From positions 1 through 35,471 of the IMG/VR virus record IMGVR_UViG_3300030107_003312: DNA of 35,471 bases; one strand, written 5' to 3'. The notes under the pieces were generated by a model. That model had not been told where the DNA came from. It searched no databases and worked only from the letters and a program-made list of their open reading frames with translations. The DNA comes from a virus. Lineage: Duplodnaviria > Caudoviricetes. A program made the position numbers and the translations under genes. This document shows, one piece after another, positions 17,612 through 26,414 of this stretch (within the stretch, counting starts at the first letter, position 1; each line of letters starts with the position of its first letter).

Positions 17612-20600
17612 TTATCCCATCTCTTTCTTGAACAAAGAATCTATTGTCATGTTTGGCGTGTCTTTGAGGTACTTCTTGAGAAGTTTTTTCGTACCCTCTT
17701 CACCTGCACCATGCTCTTCGTTGGCTCTTCCTTTATTGTTGTTTCTCCCACGATTGTATTTAACTGATGTTATGCTTATGTTAGATGATGAGTTATTTAA
17801 GGGATTGCCGTCTTTATGGTCAATATCCTTTCCATCACCTACTGCTAACTGTCCTTTTCGGATTCTTTTGTTGCGCTCGTTCGTCCTTGCACTTCGCCTT
17901 GCTCTCTGTTCTGGTCTGGCATTATATGCTTTGAGTCTCTTTGCTCTCTTGACTGGATCTTCGTCCTCTTTGATTTGGTTCAACCCAACTGGTTTGGGAG
18001 GGTCGCCTGGTTGCCATTTTTCTCTTCCCAATGTTTTATCGAAGAAGTCTTTGTCGTGAGTTTGTTCTTGGTGTGGATACTTTGGAAGCATCATAAGAAA
18101 ATCTTCAGACAATTCTGGACAGTCACCGATGCTGACAAGGAATGCAAGTTCATGTGCAAACGATTCCATAGTGTCTTCTGGAATGAACACATTTTCATAA
18201 CCGTCTGTCCATCTTAGAATATCCTCAATGATATTCATATCTGTTCCGATGTTGTCAAGGACATGGAAGTAATCGATGAACAACTCTTCTCCCTCTTGGA
18301 TGTCTCTATTTGCTGTGGCATGAAGACTACCATCAACTCGTTCAAGAGTTAGATTGGCATTCTTATGAGAGTGATTTGTAAATCTACAGAAGTCTGTTCG
18401 TTGATATGTTGGTGTGTCTTCCATCAAGTCTAGAAGGTATAGACTTAGTGATGTTCCCTCTTCGATGTCGGTGTTCGCAAATGAACCGACACCATGAGTG
18501 GTTGACTCTTTGAACTTAAAGTATTTTTTGGTGTCTCCAATTTTTGCATCTGGGTCAAGAATGATTGAGAAATTCTTTTCATCCTTTTCGTTCGACATAT
18601 GCTTGTGTGCAAGTTCTCTTGTAAGTTTAGAAGATACAATTTTGCCAGTCTTACGATTGACTACTGCGTACACATCTTTTCTTCGTGCTTCATCCAGTTC
18701 AACGGATTCGTTCAGTCCAAGTGCTTTCACCCACTGGTCAACACCTGCACTGATGATGTTGCTAGTAATGTTACCATAACTAATGTTGTTCTTATCACGA
18801 ACATTTGCGTTTGGTGCAACGACATCAAGAACCTTCTTACGAAGTTTATTGTCAATCTTATCTGCACGAACCATAATGAATCTGGTCTTACCACCCTTTG
18901 AACGAACAACTAGTTTACCAGTCACATGCTTCTTGACTGCTTGCTTGACTTGCTTTGCAACTGCGGAGGTATTGTCTTCATCCAGTTCAACGGATTCTTT
19001 CTTAGAATTTGCAATTGCATTTCTTATTAACTGCTTTTGTCTTTCCGACCGTTTCTCTGCCGACTTAGGAAGTTTAATGGCATATTTCCCACCACTAGGA
19101 GAATGTGAGGTTCCCGATTTTTGAGTGTGTACACCGTATTCATCTAGTTGAACATCTTCATTCATGCAACCGCAATCTTCTTTCTGTGTTGCAATGTTGG
19201 TTCTTGGATTGTAGTTGTAGTCCTTTGGAGACTTACCATCCTTCTTCGCTGCACGGTCCTTTGCTCTACCTGCGGCACCCATTGCGTTTCTCTTCTCACC
19301 GTGTGCAGTCAAGTCATCTGTGCCTTTCTTGAGAACACCGTGCTTCTGTAGTTGAGAACGAGCAATAGCATTTGCTTTATCATTGTCCATTCCCTTATCT
19401 TTTAACTGAGTAACCAAACGGTCAAGAATGTCTGGTTCAGTTAGCATACGGAAAGATTCGTCAAGGTCTCGTTCTTCAAAATCTTTTTGGTAGTCTTTAT
19501 AATCAGTGTCTTTGAAGATTGGGATCTTTTTAACCTTACCATTGATTTGTATTTCATTTTGACCAGTTACATTTTCGTCTTTAAATGTATCTGCATAATT
19601 TTCATGTTCTGCACTGATATCAGGCTCTAATTCTAGAAACTCTGCTAATCTACTTGGATCATTTCCTACCCATTCCATTGCTTCGGCCCAGTTACCACCA
19701 TCAATTCCATTATCCTCGGTTAATAATCCTATGGTGTAATTCTCACCCAGTCGTTTGTATGTGAGTTCAGGTTTTCCCATTCCCATTCTTAATGTAGAAG
19801 CAGCGGTGTACTTTCCTCTCTTGTGTTCTTTGCTAAGATATTTTTTCTGTTGTTCAATACTCGAACCAAAGAACTGTTCATACTCCAAATTATTATTCTT
19901 TAGTATCTTGGTCTGTTCCCTTTTAGACAAAGACAAGAACGCATCTCTACCAATTCCTTTTTTCCGTTTACCAGGAATTGACATCTTGTTAAGCGCATTT
20001 GTCTGCATCCTTTTAGGCATACCTGCAAATGCATACTCAGGCACTTCAAAACCGGCCTTGCCTAATTCTTTTCTAAGTTCTTCATCTTGTGTTTTGTTTA
20101 ACTTTCTATCTTCCCATTCCTTTGATTGGTTTTTATGAGCATCTTTAATAGCAGTCATACTCTTTTTAGACCTTGTTGGTAATAGAACCTTATCAGAAAT
20201 TTCTGGAGATAACTGTGAAATCCAACCGCCTAGTCTTCTTTTTGGCTGAGTAGTTTTAAAGTCTACTCTGGTATTGGTGGCAGGACTTGCTTTCTTCATG
20301 AACTCACTTCCTGGTTTTCCAATCTCTTCAATTCCTCCATTTGTCCCATCTTTGTTTGCAACAATTAAGTGTGTTGCCATATGTGGAGAATCACAATCAT
20401 CACAAATATCAACCCCACAACAGTCTGGGCAATATTTACCACATCCAGTCATCGCTTCATACATGACATGTTGTTTTATAAGTTCACCAAACTCACCTTC
20501 GTTGAAAACTGCATTCAATCTATCTTGAACTTCATTCATTTTTTCTTTTGCGTCAAGGATTGATTTTCTATCTCTTTCTGATAGACTTTTAAATCTATCA

Positions 20601-23068
20601 GTCAGTTCATTTGGATCTTTTCCTACTGCTTCTTCCCAAGGCCAATCGGGATGCATTTTATCCCACCAGTTAGGTTTAGCACCACCTATTCTTCCCGATG
20701 TCCACCAACCAATTGGACCTGTACCTTCTCCCAAAGTTGTCTTGACAAACACATCTTCAATTACCTTTTTAATTTCATGCATTTCGTCCATTAGTTTTTG
20801 GTTGTCACCAAAGTCTCTTTGACAATCTGTTCCTGTTTTTGTTTCTCGGTCGTATCCTTTACATCCTTTGATTCTGTTCATTGCAACTCGGATTGTTCCT
20901 AATGCTTCTCCTGCTTGAGCAGACATTAGTTGACCAGGTCCAATCTTCATCGACATACGGTATACTTGCCCTGTCTTTGTATTTTCTGCAATTAAGTCGG
21001 TTTTTGGTGTGGTGTTCGATGCACCTGCATCATCAAAGGTACTTGATAACTCTACTGATCCCATGCCCGTACCAGTATGAGACCACTTCATGTCGTTATA
21101 GTCGTCACCGAACTGGACTTTAAGTACATCGTGCATTCTCATCGCCGCGGGTATTAAAGTAGGGCTCGCACCAAGAGTTTTAATATCTTCTTTTGATATA
21201 CCAGATTTTTCAAGACACATCATCATTTCTTCTTGAGAGTTTAACTCATGACAACCATTGCCTACGGCGACAGTCGCGGGTTCAACAGTTACTGCCTCAT
21301 GCCAATCTTCAAACTGTCCATTTTTTGTTGTGATTGCTTTTTTATCTTTTGGGGGCTTCGCAGTTTTGATACCAAGAATTTCACCAACAGGATTTGCATA
21401 ATCCTGAGCCTCAACAGCGGCAATATCTGCTTTCAATTGTTCATCTTCTACTTCATCTTGACGCAATTTCTTATTCAAATCATTTTCATCAGATTTTCTT
21501 TGTAATGAATCAAGTTTTGCCTGTTCTTTTTCTGCTGCCTCTCTTGCTTTTTTCTGTTCGGGTGTTTCAGTTTCAGTGGGTTCGACTCCCCTTTTTAATT
21601 CTTGTTCACCTGCACCGCCCTGTCGTCCTTGTGTAATTTTTTCACAATCGACACCCAAGGCCTGCGATGTCGGCCCGCACACAAATCCTGGCTTCTTTGA
21701 AATTGATTTTGCTTGTCCTGCTTTTACTGGCCTTGATGATTTAATTTGATCTATTTTAGCATCTTTGAACAAGACAATTTCAATTTGGTCTCCTCTTTGT
21801 ATTTCTACAGGGTCGTTTGCTTGTAGGTTGGGAAACTTTTTCTGTTTGTCAGAACGATTATCAGTTTGACCGTTTGCTCTTTCCCCTCTTTTTCTCGCCG
21901 CATCTACCTTCTTGGCATCCTGTCCTCTGTCCTGTGCTTTTTGCTTTTCTCTATTCACCTTCGTTCCCGCAGAACTAATTCCTGCCGTTCTCATTGCTCG
22001 TTGATACTTCGGTGCAACCTCTTCGATGTATTCTTCAAACATCATATCAATGTGTTCGTTAGTTGGTGCGATTGCTTTTGCAGGTTCTTTACTAGTCATG
22101 CGATTCTTAACCTTTTGTAGTCTTTCCTTCTCTGCTTTATGCATTGCAGGAATAAGTCGTTTAGATACTCTCTGGATTGCTTTTTTCTTTTTCTTCATCT
22201 TCTCACCGATTCGTATGCGTTCCATGTAGGACACATCGTTCCATGCTCTACCCTTATGAAATCTCGCACGAATCTTTTTGATTGCTGTCTTTGTTGCTTT
22301 TGCGACGAGTTGAGTCTTTGTCTTTCTTCTCTTCTCTCTCATCTTTCTGACTCTCGCGCGTTTCTTTGCAGTCTTCTTCATACGCATCGAGAGTTTTCTT
22401 CTTCCTGAAAGTGTGAGTGCCTCATTCAACTCTTGTGGTTCTTCCATGTTGTTTACAAACTCTGAGAACTCTTCGTAGTCAAACCAACTGGTAGACTCAG
22501 AAATCTTACCTCTGATTCCCATACCTTTTCGTATTGCTTTGAACAATCCCATTGCATCTCTTTCGGATACATGGCTTGGCATACCTAATCGGAACGCATC
22601 GAAGTTACCTTCTGAAGCGGCTGCTCTCATCTTGGATGCAGACATACCAGTGACGCCCTCTGCATCAGGGTCTCTATCCCCAGCAGAAACGACATTGAAC
22701 TTTGAAATGTTTTCGTATCCCTTCTTGCCAATATACCGTGACATGTTCTTCTTGAACTCTTCCACTCGGTCAGAACCCACTACCATTGTTACATCTTCGT
22801 AACCATCATCACTCAACTGTTGAAGGACTTGAAATGGCGTCTTATTTTTTCTGTCTACTGCGACATTGAATCCCTTTAGAATCTTCTTCATGAATCTGAA
22901 TTTGTCTGTTGGCGAGAGGGGATTTCTCTTCGCATCCTGACTGCTACTGCCAAATATCTTATAGTCAGCAGCCCTCTTCTGTGCAATGTCTTTCACTTTG
23001 TTTGCCAGAAGTTGATGCCCAGTTGTGGGTGGGTTGAATCTACCAAATGTAAACACAATTTTCTTCAT
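17612..23068 (-). CDS. About 1818-aa multidomain polyprotein: cytidyltransferase-like NTase, basic helical region, PD-(D/E)xK-like domain, small modules, SET domain, HNH
   Basis: ATG 23068 with AGGAG SD and TATACATA upstream; FGRFNPPTTGH/VVGSDR/SASKMR; TPKTD..SMK; HGVGSFA/RFTNHS/EELFIDY; DIDHKDGNPLNN. Confidence 0.85.
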   Translation of the reverse strand: MKKIVFTFGRFNPPTTGHQLLANKVKDIAQKRAADYKIFGSSSQDAKRNPLSPTDKFRFMKKILKGFNVAVDRKNKTPFQVLQQLSDDGYEDVTMVVGSDRVEEFKKNMSRYIGKKGYENISKFNVVSAGDRDPDAEGVTGMSASKMRAAASEGNFDAFRLGMPSHVSERDAMGLFKAIRKGMGIRGKISESTSWFDYEEFSEFVNNMEEPQELNEALTLSGRRKLSMRMKKTAKKRARVRKMREKRRKTKTQLVAKATKTAIKKIRARFHKGRAWNDVSYMERIRIGEKMKKKKKAIQRVSKRLIPAMHKAEKERLQKVKNRMTSKEPAKAIAPTNEHIDMMFEEYIEEVAPKYQRAMRTAGISSAGTKVNREKQKAQDRGQDAKKVDAARKRGERANGQTDNRSDKQKKFPNLQANDPVEIQRGDQIEIVLFKDAKIDQIKSSRPVKAGQAKSISKKPGFVCGPTSQALGVDCEKITQGRQGGAGEQELKRGVEPTETETPEQKKAREAAEKEQAKLDSLQRKSDENDLNKKLRQDEVEDEQLKADIAAVEAQDYANPVGEILGIKTAKPPKDKKAITTKNGQFEDWHEAVTVEPATVAVGNGCHELNSQEEMMMCLEKSGISKEDIKTLGASPTLIPAAMRMHDVLKVQFGDDYNDMKWSHTGTGMGSVELSSTFDDAGASNTTPKTDLIAENTKTGQVYRMSMKIGPGQLMSAQAGEALGTIRVAMNRIKGCKGYDRETKTGTDCQRDFGDNQKLMDEMHEIKKVIEDVFVKTTLGEGTGPIGWWTSGRIGGAKPNWWDKMHPDWPWEEAVGKDPNELTDRFKSLSERDRKSILDAKEKMNEVQDRLNAVFNEGEFGELIKQHVMYEAMTGCGKYCPDCCGVDICDDCDSPHMATHLIVANKDGTNGGIEEIGKPGSEFMKKASPATNTRVDFKTTQPKRRLGGWISQLSPEISDKVLLPTRSKKSMTAIKDAHKNQSKEWEDRKLNKTQDEELRKELGKAGFEVPEYAFAGMPKRMQTNALNKMSIPGKRKKGIGRDAFLSLSKREQTKILKNNNLEYEQFFGSSIEQQKKYLSKEHKRGKYTAASTLRMGMGKPELTYKRLGENYTIGLLTEDNGIDGGNWAEAMEWVGNDPSRLAEFLELEPDISAEHENYADTFKDENVTGQNEIQINGKVKKIPIFKDTDYKDYQKDFEERDLDESFRMLTEPDILDRLVTQLKDKGMDNDKANAIARSQLQKHGVLKKGTDDLTAHGEKRNAMGAAGRAKDRAAKKDGKSPKDYNYNPRTNIATQKEDCGCMNEDVQLDEYGVHTQKSGTSHSPSGGKYAIKLPKSAEKRSERQKQLIRNAIANSKKESVELDEDNTSAVAKQVKQAVKKHVTGKLVVRSKGGKTRFIMVRADKIDNKLRKKVLDVVAPNANVRDKNNISYGNITSNIISAGVDQWVKALGLNESVELDEARRKDVYAVVNRKTGKIVSSKLTRELAHKHMSNEKDEKNFSIILDPDAKIGDTKKYFKFKESTTHGVGSFANTDIEEGTSLSLYLLDLMEDTPTYQRTDFCRFTNHSHKNANLTLERVDGSLHATANRDIQEGEELFIDYFHVLDNIGTDMNIIEDILRWTDGYENVFIPEDTMESFAHELAFLVSIGDCPELSEDFLMMLPKYPHQEQTHDKDFFDKTLGREKWQPGDPPKPVGLNQIKEDEDPVKRAKRLKAYNARPEQRARRSARTNERNKRIRKGQLAVGDGKDIDHKDGNPLNNSSSNISITSVKYNRGRNNNKGRANEEHGAGEEGTKKLLKKYLKDTPNMTIDSLFKKEMG
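18689..18709 (-). repeat. 21-bp repeat, copy 4
   Basis: TTCATCCAGTTCAACGGATTC is the exact reverse complement. Confidence 0.95.
18977..18997 (-). repeat. 21-bp repeat, copy 5
   Basis: Exact reverse complement. Confidence 0.95.
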
Positions 23069-23100
23069 GAAAAGGCTCCTAAATGCATCTCTATATGTAT

Positions 23101-23144
23101 AAAAAAACTGGAGAGTATACATACAAGATACACTCTCCAGTTTT
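23101..23144 (-). terminator. Rho-independent terminator
   Basis: 13-bp inverted repeat AAAACTGGAGAGT/ACTCTCCAGTTTT ending in 7 U on the minus strand. Confidence 0.75.
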
Positions 23145-23153
23145 GTATATTTT

Positions 23154-23231
23154 AACCCCACCGACTTTCATCCGTAGGTTCAGTTGTATCTGGACCACCT
23201 CCTCTCTTAAAAACTGAAAGTCGGTGGGGTT
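23154..23231 (-). ncRNA. Candidate structured RNA: 17-bp perfect stem whose loop is complementary to the 16S rRNA 3' end
   Basis: AACCCCACCGACTTTCA/TGAAAGTCGGTGGGGTT stem; minus-strand loop reads AGAGAGGAGGTGGTCCAG...CCTACGG. Confidence 0.55.
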
Positions 23232-23237
23232 TATCTT

Positions 23238-23360
23238 TTAGTTACTCCACGGAAGTTTGGTCTTAACCCAGTTCCAGAGGGGTGTTCCTATTAAGGCTCC
23301 CGCAACAAATACAACTACTGTGTAAAATACTGTTCCTAGTGCTGAGTGAATAACTTCCAT
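23238..23360 (-). CDS. Small membrane protein (40 aa; not in ORF track)
   Basis: AAGGAG SD; MEVIHSALGTVFYTVVVFVAGALIGTPLWNWVKTKLPWSN. Confidence 0.75.
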   Translation of the reverse strand: MEVIHSALGTVFYTVVVFVAGALIGTPLWNWVKTKLPWSN

Positions 23361-23376
23361 GGCTTGCTCCTTTTAA

Positions 23377-23724
23377 TTATTGATAAACCTTCCTACAAGT
23401 AAAACCCTTGTGGTGATTCCTTTCGCCTCCCATCACTTTATAGATGGCTGATTTGTTTAAGTCGTTGTCCCGGCAAAACTTCATTAGATTATCTACTAAA
23501 TAGGTTTTACCCTCACTATCCTTAAACTCATACATCGGCGTCTGTTCAATCACCTCATCGGTTACACTACTATGTATAGTTTGCCATTCCCAGAACCTAC
23601 CATTTTTTACAAATTCTCCACCATGTTCTTCAACAAATTTGCTTTGCCATATATGTTTTTTGCTATCTTCATTCATTTTAACCCATGTACGGCTGTTTCT
23701 TTGGTTCACTTGTTCTTTATTCAT
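23377..23724 (-). CDS. Small protein with NUMOD/HTH-like DNA-binding C-terminus
   Basis: NLMKFCRDNDLNKSAIYKVMGGERNHHKGF resembles homing-endonuclease DNA-binding tails; no nuclease motif seen. Confidence 0.65.
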   Translation of the reverse strand: MNKEQVNQRNSRTWVKMNEDSKKHIWQSKFVEEHGGEFVKNGRFWEWQTIHSSVTDEVIEQTPMYEFKDSEGKTYLVDNLMKFCRDNDLNKSAIYKVMGGERNHHKGFTCRKVYQ

Positions 23725-23735
23725 GTCTTTCTCTC

Positions 23736-24449
23736 CTATTTTTGGTTATACCATGATGCAGCGAAATGATGTATCATGTGAGTATTGTTATCCAATGTTT
23801 TAGGGTTTGTTGGTATATTCCATTGCTCCATCGGCAACCTGTTAGAGTAGTGTATTGGATAAAAGTATGTATTTGGATACATTTTCACTCTTTTGTCTTT
23901 TCTAAGACGCATAGAGTTATATATCACAGGACCTGATAGTTTAGCAACATAACTCTTCGGCCCGCCTGTGGTATTTACTCGCCCACTTCTATATCTTTGT
24001 TTTATTGTTGTTATTATTTCTTTTATTACTTGATTGTTGGGGGTGGATGCTATGACTGCATTGTTTATGTGTGCATTGTCACAGTTGTCTGGGTCGAATA
24101 CTTCATCATCTTTTATATGACTGCATTCAGTAGCCATTACCATTGTATGTCCTTCCATTAGTTCATCTATGGGTTTTATACATTCCATATCAGTATCCAA
24201 ATAAACTCCACCGTAATCATATAACACTTGTAATCTCAACAGGTCGCTCTGCCGTGCATAGTTTTGGTCTAAATCCCATTCTTGTCTGAAGTTAACTATA
24301 GTTGGAAGATTTTCTTCAGTCCATAGAATATACTGCCACTCTGGATGTTTTTCTCGGCAACTCTTCATGCAATTCACAATTTGCTTGGGTATGATTTGTC
24401 CACCCAACCATATTTGATGTATTATTTTCGGTATAGTATTGTCAGTCAT
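23736..24449 (-). CDS. Glycosyltransferase, DXD type (GT32/Och1-like)
   Basis: IPKIIHQIWLG, SDLLRLQVLYDYGGVYLDTD, HHFAASW. Confidence 0.92.
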   Translation of the reverse strand: MTDNTIPKIIHQIWLGGQIIPKQIVNCMKSCREKHPEWQYILWTEENLPTIVNFRQEWDLDQNYARQSDLLRLQVLYDYGGVYLDTDMECIKPIDELMEGHTMVMATECSHIKDDEVFDPDNCDNAHINNAVIASTPNNQVIKEIITTIKQRYRSGRVNTTGGPKSYVAKLSGPVIYNSMRLRKDKRVKMYPNTYFYPIHYSNRLPMEQWNIPTNPKTLDNNTHMIHHFAASWYNQK

Positions 24450-24457
24450 TCAAATCT

Positions 24458-25660
24458 TCACGCCCAATTTTTTGGTACAGTGAAGTTTGCTTTACTAAAT
24501 TCCAAACGGTCAACAAGTTTCACTGCATTACTAGTATATTTATCAATACCAACGAACCCCTCTGGTGCAGTTACCTTGAAACCATCTCCTGTTTGAATGA
24601 ATGTTCCAATCGATTTAACTGACTCCAGTTTTCTCACCAGAATTATCTTTGCATCGGTGAGTGAGGCATGTAAGGAGAAGACTGAATCCAGTTCTTTATT
24701 TTTGGCGTTTAGATATTTTACCATCTCATCCCTTGCTGATTCTCTTCTCTTTTTTGCCTCGTCCGATTTGAGTCCATCAATCTCTTTCTGTATTTTGTCA
24801 TTCATGAATGTTATGAATTCCTGAGTCGAGAGAGTTGTTGAACCTTGTCTTACTTTAGAGTTGGCATAAATGTTTACATTGTCAATTACTTTTTTGTTCG
24901 TTGCAATTTCATCTAAAAACGATTTTGCTGATTTCAATTGACCTTTTGCTGTAGTTAATATTGAAGAGAGTGAACTCGATTCGGTTTTTGTTAAGGTTGC
25001 TGTACCACTTACATCTTTGAAGTCAGCATCATCAACCCATACTGCGTTATTGTTTTTGAGTCTGCCCACCTTCGCACCAAACGATGCAGATAGGTCAGAC
25101 ATACTATTGCCTTTGTATGTTGTATGAAATACAATTCCCATTTTTGCTCTTTTTATTCTTCTACCTTCATCAGAGTCAACTGGTATTGCATATGTAATTG
25201 TGTTTGGTGTAAAGGTGTAGTGTGAAACACCATCAATTTGTTTTGTCTTGATATCACCAGGTCCAAACATCATGTCACCCTGAAGTATTCCTTGAAAATT
25301 AAGTTTCTTTAGATACTTCAATGCGATCGCAAGTTTATCTGCAACTCCACCTTTATGGTTCTTTCGGATGTCGCCAATGGTGTAGTTAATCTTTGGTGTC
25401 TTGTTGAATACACTCTTAGAACCAACGAAGAACTTGCCATTCTCTGGGTCCTTACCACATACAATCGCAGGTGCCCCGTCCCACTTGACTGTTGCGTTCG
25501 TTCTCGACTTGCTGTTACCATCGAGCATCTTTGCAATCTCTTCGAGGAACGAGACTGCCTCTTCTGCTCTTGCACTGCCCTCGAACACCAAGTCCTCAAC
25601 ATGTGTCATGTGGACATTCTTTGCGGCTTCCGAGATATATTCCTTGAACGATTTCATCAT
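24458..25660 (-). CDS. Ligase-fold nucleotidyltransferase-like protein (DUF6267-like) with capsid-targeting N-terminus
   Basis: MKSFKEYISE; TVKWDGAPA, LQGDMM, PEGFV, VKLVDRLEFS. Confidence 0.75.
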   Translation of the reverse strand: MMKSFKEYISEAAKNVHMTHVEDLVFEGSARAEEAVSFLEEIAKMLDGNSKSRTNATVKWDGAPAIVCGKDPENGKFFVGSKSVFNKTPKINYTIGDIRKNHKGGVADKLAIALKYLKKLNFQGILQGDMMFGPGDIKTKQIDGVSHYTFTPNTITYAIPVDSDEGRRIKRAKMGIVFHTTYKGNSMSDLSASFGAKVGRLKNNNAVWVDDADFKDVSGTATLTKTESSSLSSILTTAKGQLKSAKSFLDEIATNKKVIDNVNIYANSKVRQGSTTLSTQEFITFMNDKIQKEIDGLKSDEAKKRRESARDEMVKYLNAKNKELDSVFSLHASLTDAKIILVRKLESVKSIGTFIQTGDGFKVTAPEGFVGIDKYTSNAVKLVDRLEFSKANFTVPKNWA

Positions 25661-25679
25661 ACAAGTATTTATCTTTTTC

Positions 25680-26357
25680 TTACACTAGGAGTGCAGGATT
25701 TGCGGTGTGATAGTTTTTAATTGTTCGATATAGTTTTGGCACATACTTCACGGGATTACCTGTGAAGACTTCGCAAGGCATACCATTCTCTGATGCAACT
25801 ATGATGTTGAACTCATCGATTGGTGTTTTTGTTCTTTCGTGCCACATGATTGCATACGCAGTACCCTGAAGGAAATAGTTTTCAATATCTGCTTCTCTCT
25901 TTTGGTGCGTACTGCCTTTAAAGTCAATGATACTTAACTTACCATTATACTCCGCAACACAATCTACCCTACCAGCCAAACACATGGTATTACTCCACAG
26001 TGGCACTTCAAGAGCATAGATGTTGTCGATATTGTCCAGAGTATCTTTCATCTGCATGAACAACGATGCAACCGTAGGAGATTGTGACATCAGGTCGATA
26101 TCTTTATTGTTCAGATAGTCTTCGATGAGTTGATGTAGGTTGTTACCACGACTCAACACACGCTTAGATTCTTTTGGATTCTTTCTCCGCCACTCTGCAA
26201 AGAATGCCTTCTTTTCAAAGCCAGTCACTGTTGTGACACTGGGATACTTACCACCTGGCGAATCATAGAACCTAGTTCCAGACGAATCGGTGAAACTTCT
26301 AAACTCCGCCAGTTCAACTGGTGATTCTATATGTGTAAACTTTTTCTGCATATTCAT
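25680..26357 (-). CDS. PD-(D/E)xK exonuclease (Cas4/RecB-like phage exonuclease)
   Basis: YPSVTTV, RGNNLH, LAGRVDCV, IIDFK, YFLQGTAYA. Confidence 0.9.
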   Translation of the reverse strand: MNMQKKFTHIESPVELAEFRSFTDSSGTRFYDSPGGKYPSVTTVTGFEKKAFFAEWRRKNPKESKRVLSRGNNLHQLIEDYLNNKDIDLMSQSPTVASLFMQMKDTLDNIDNIYALEVPLWSNTMCLAGRVDCVAEYNGKLSIIDFKGSTHQKREADIENYFLQGTAYAIMWHERTKTPIDEFNIIVASENGMPCEVFTGNPVKYVPKLYRTIKNYHTANPALLV

Positions 26358-26386
26358 AGTATAACTCCATTGTATTAAATTATCAA
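26358..26386 (-). promoter_or_regulatory. Sigma70-type promoter for the exonuclease
   Basis: TTGATA, 17-nt spacer, TATACT on the minus strand. Confidence 0.65.
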
Positions 26387-26414
26387 GTAAATTCTACCTA
26401 CTATGTAGGTGAGT

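Noticed and set aside
17720-17970. HNH as an intein or intron-encoded homing endonuclease
   Set aside because: No intein splice residues or intron boundaries; it is an in-frame terminal module
17256-18059. 267-aa plus-strand ORF and other antisense ORFs in the track
   Set aside because: Shadow frames of well-supported opposite-strand genes, with no motifs or SD
23069-23161. N-terminal extension of the 1849-aa ORF from GTG 23161
   Set aside because: It runs through a terminator and promoter; SD and domain start support ATG 23068
25680-26357. Exonuclease as a CRISPR Cas4
   Set aside because: Stand-alone PD-(D/E)xK exonucleases are routine in T4-like phages; no Fe-S Cys cluster or array is seen
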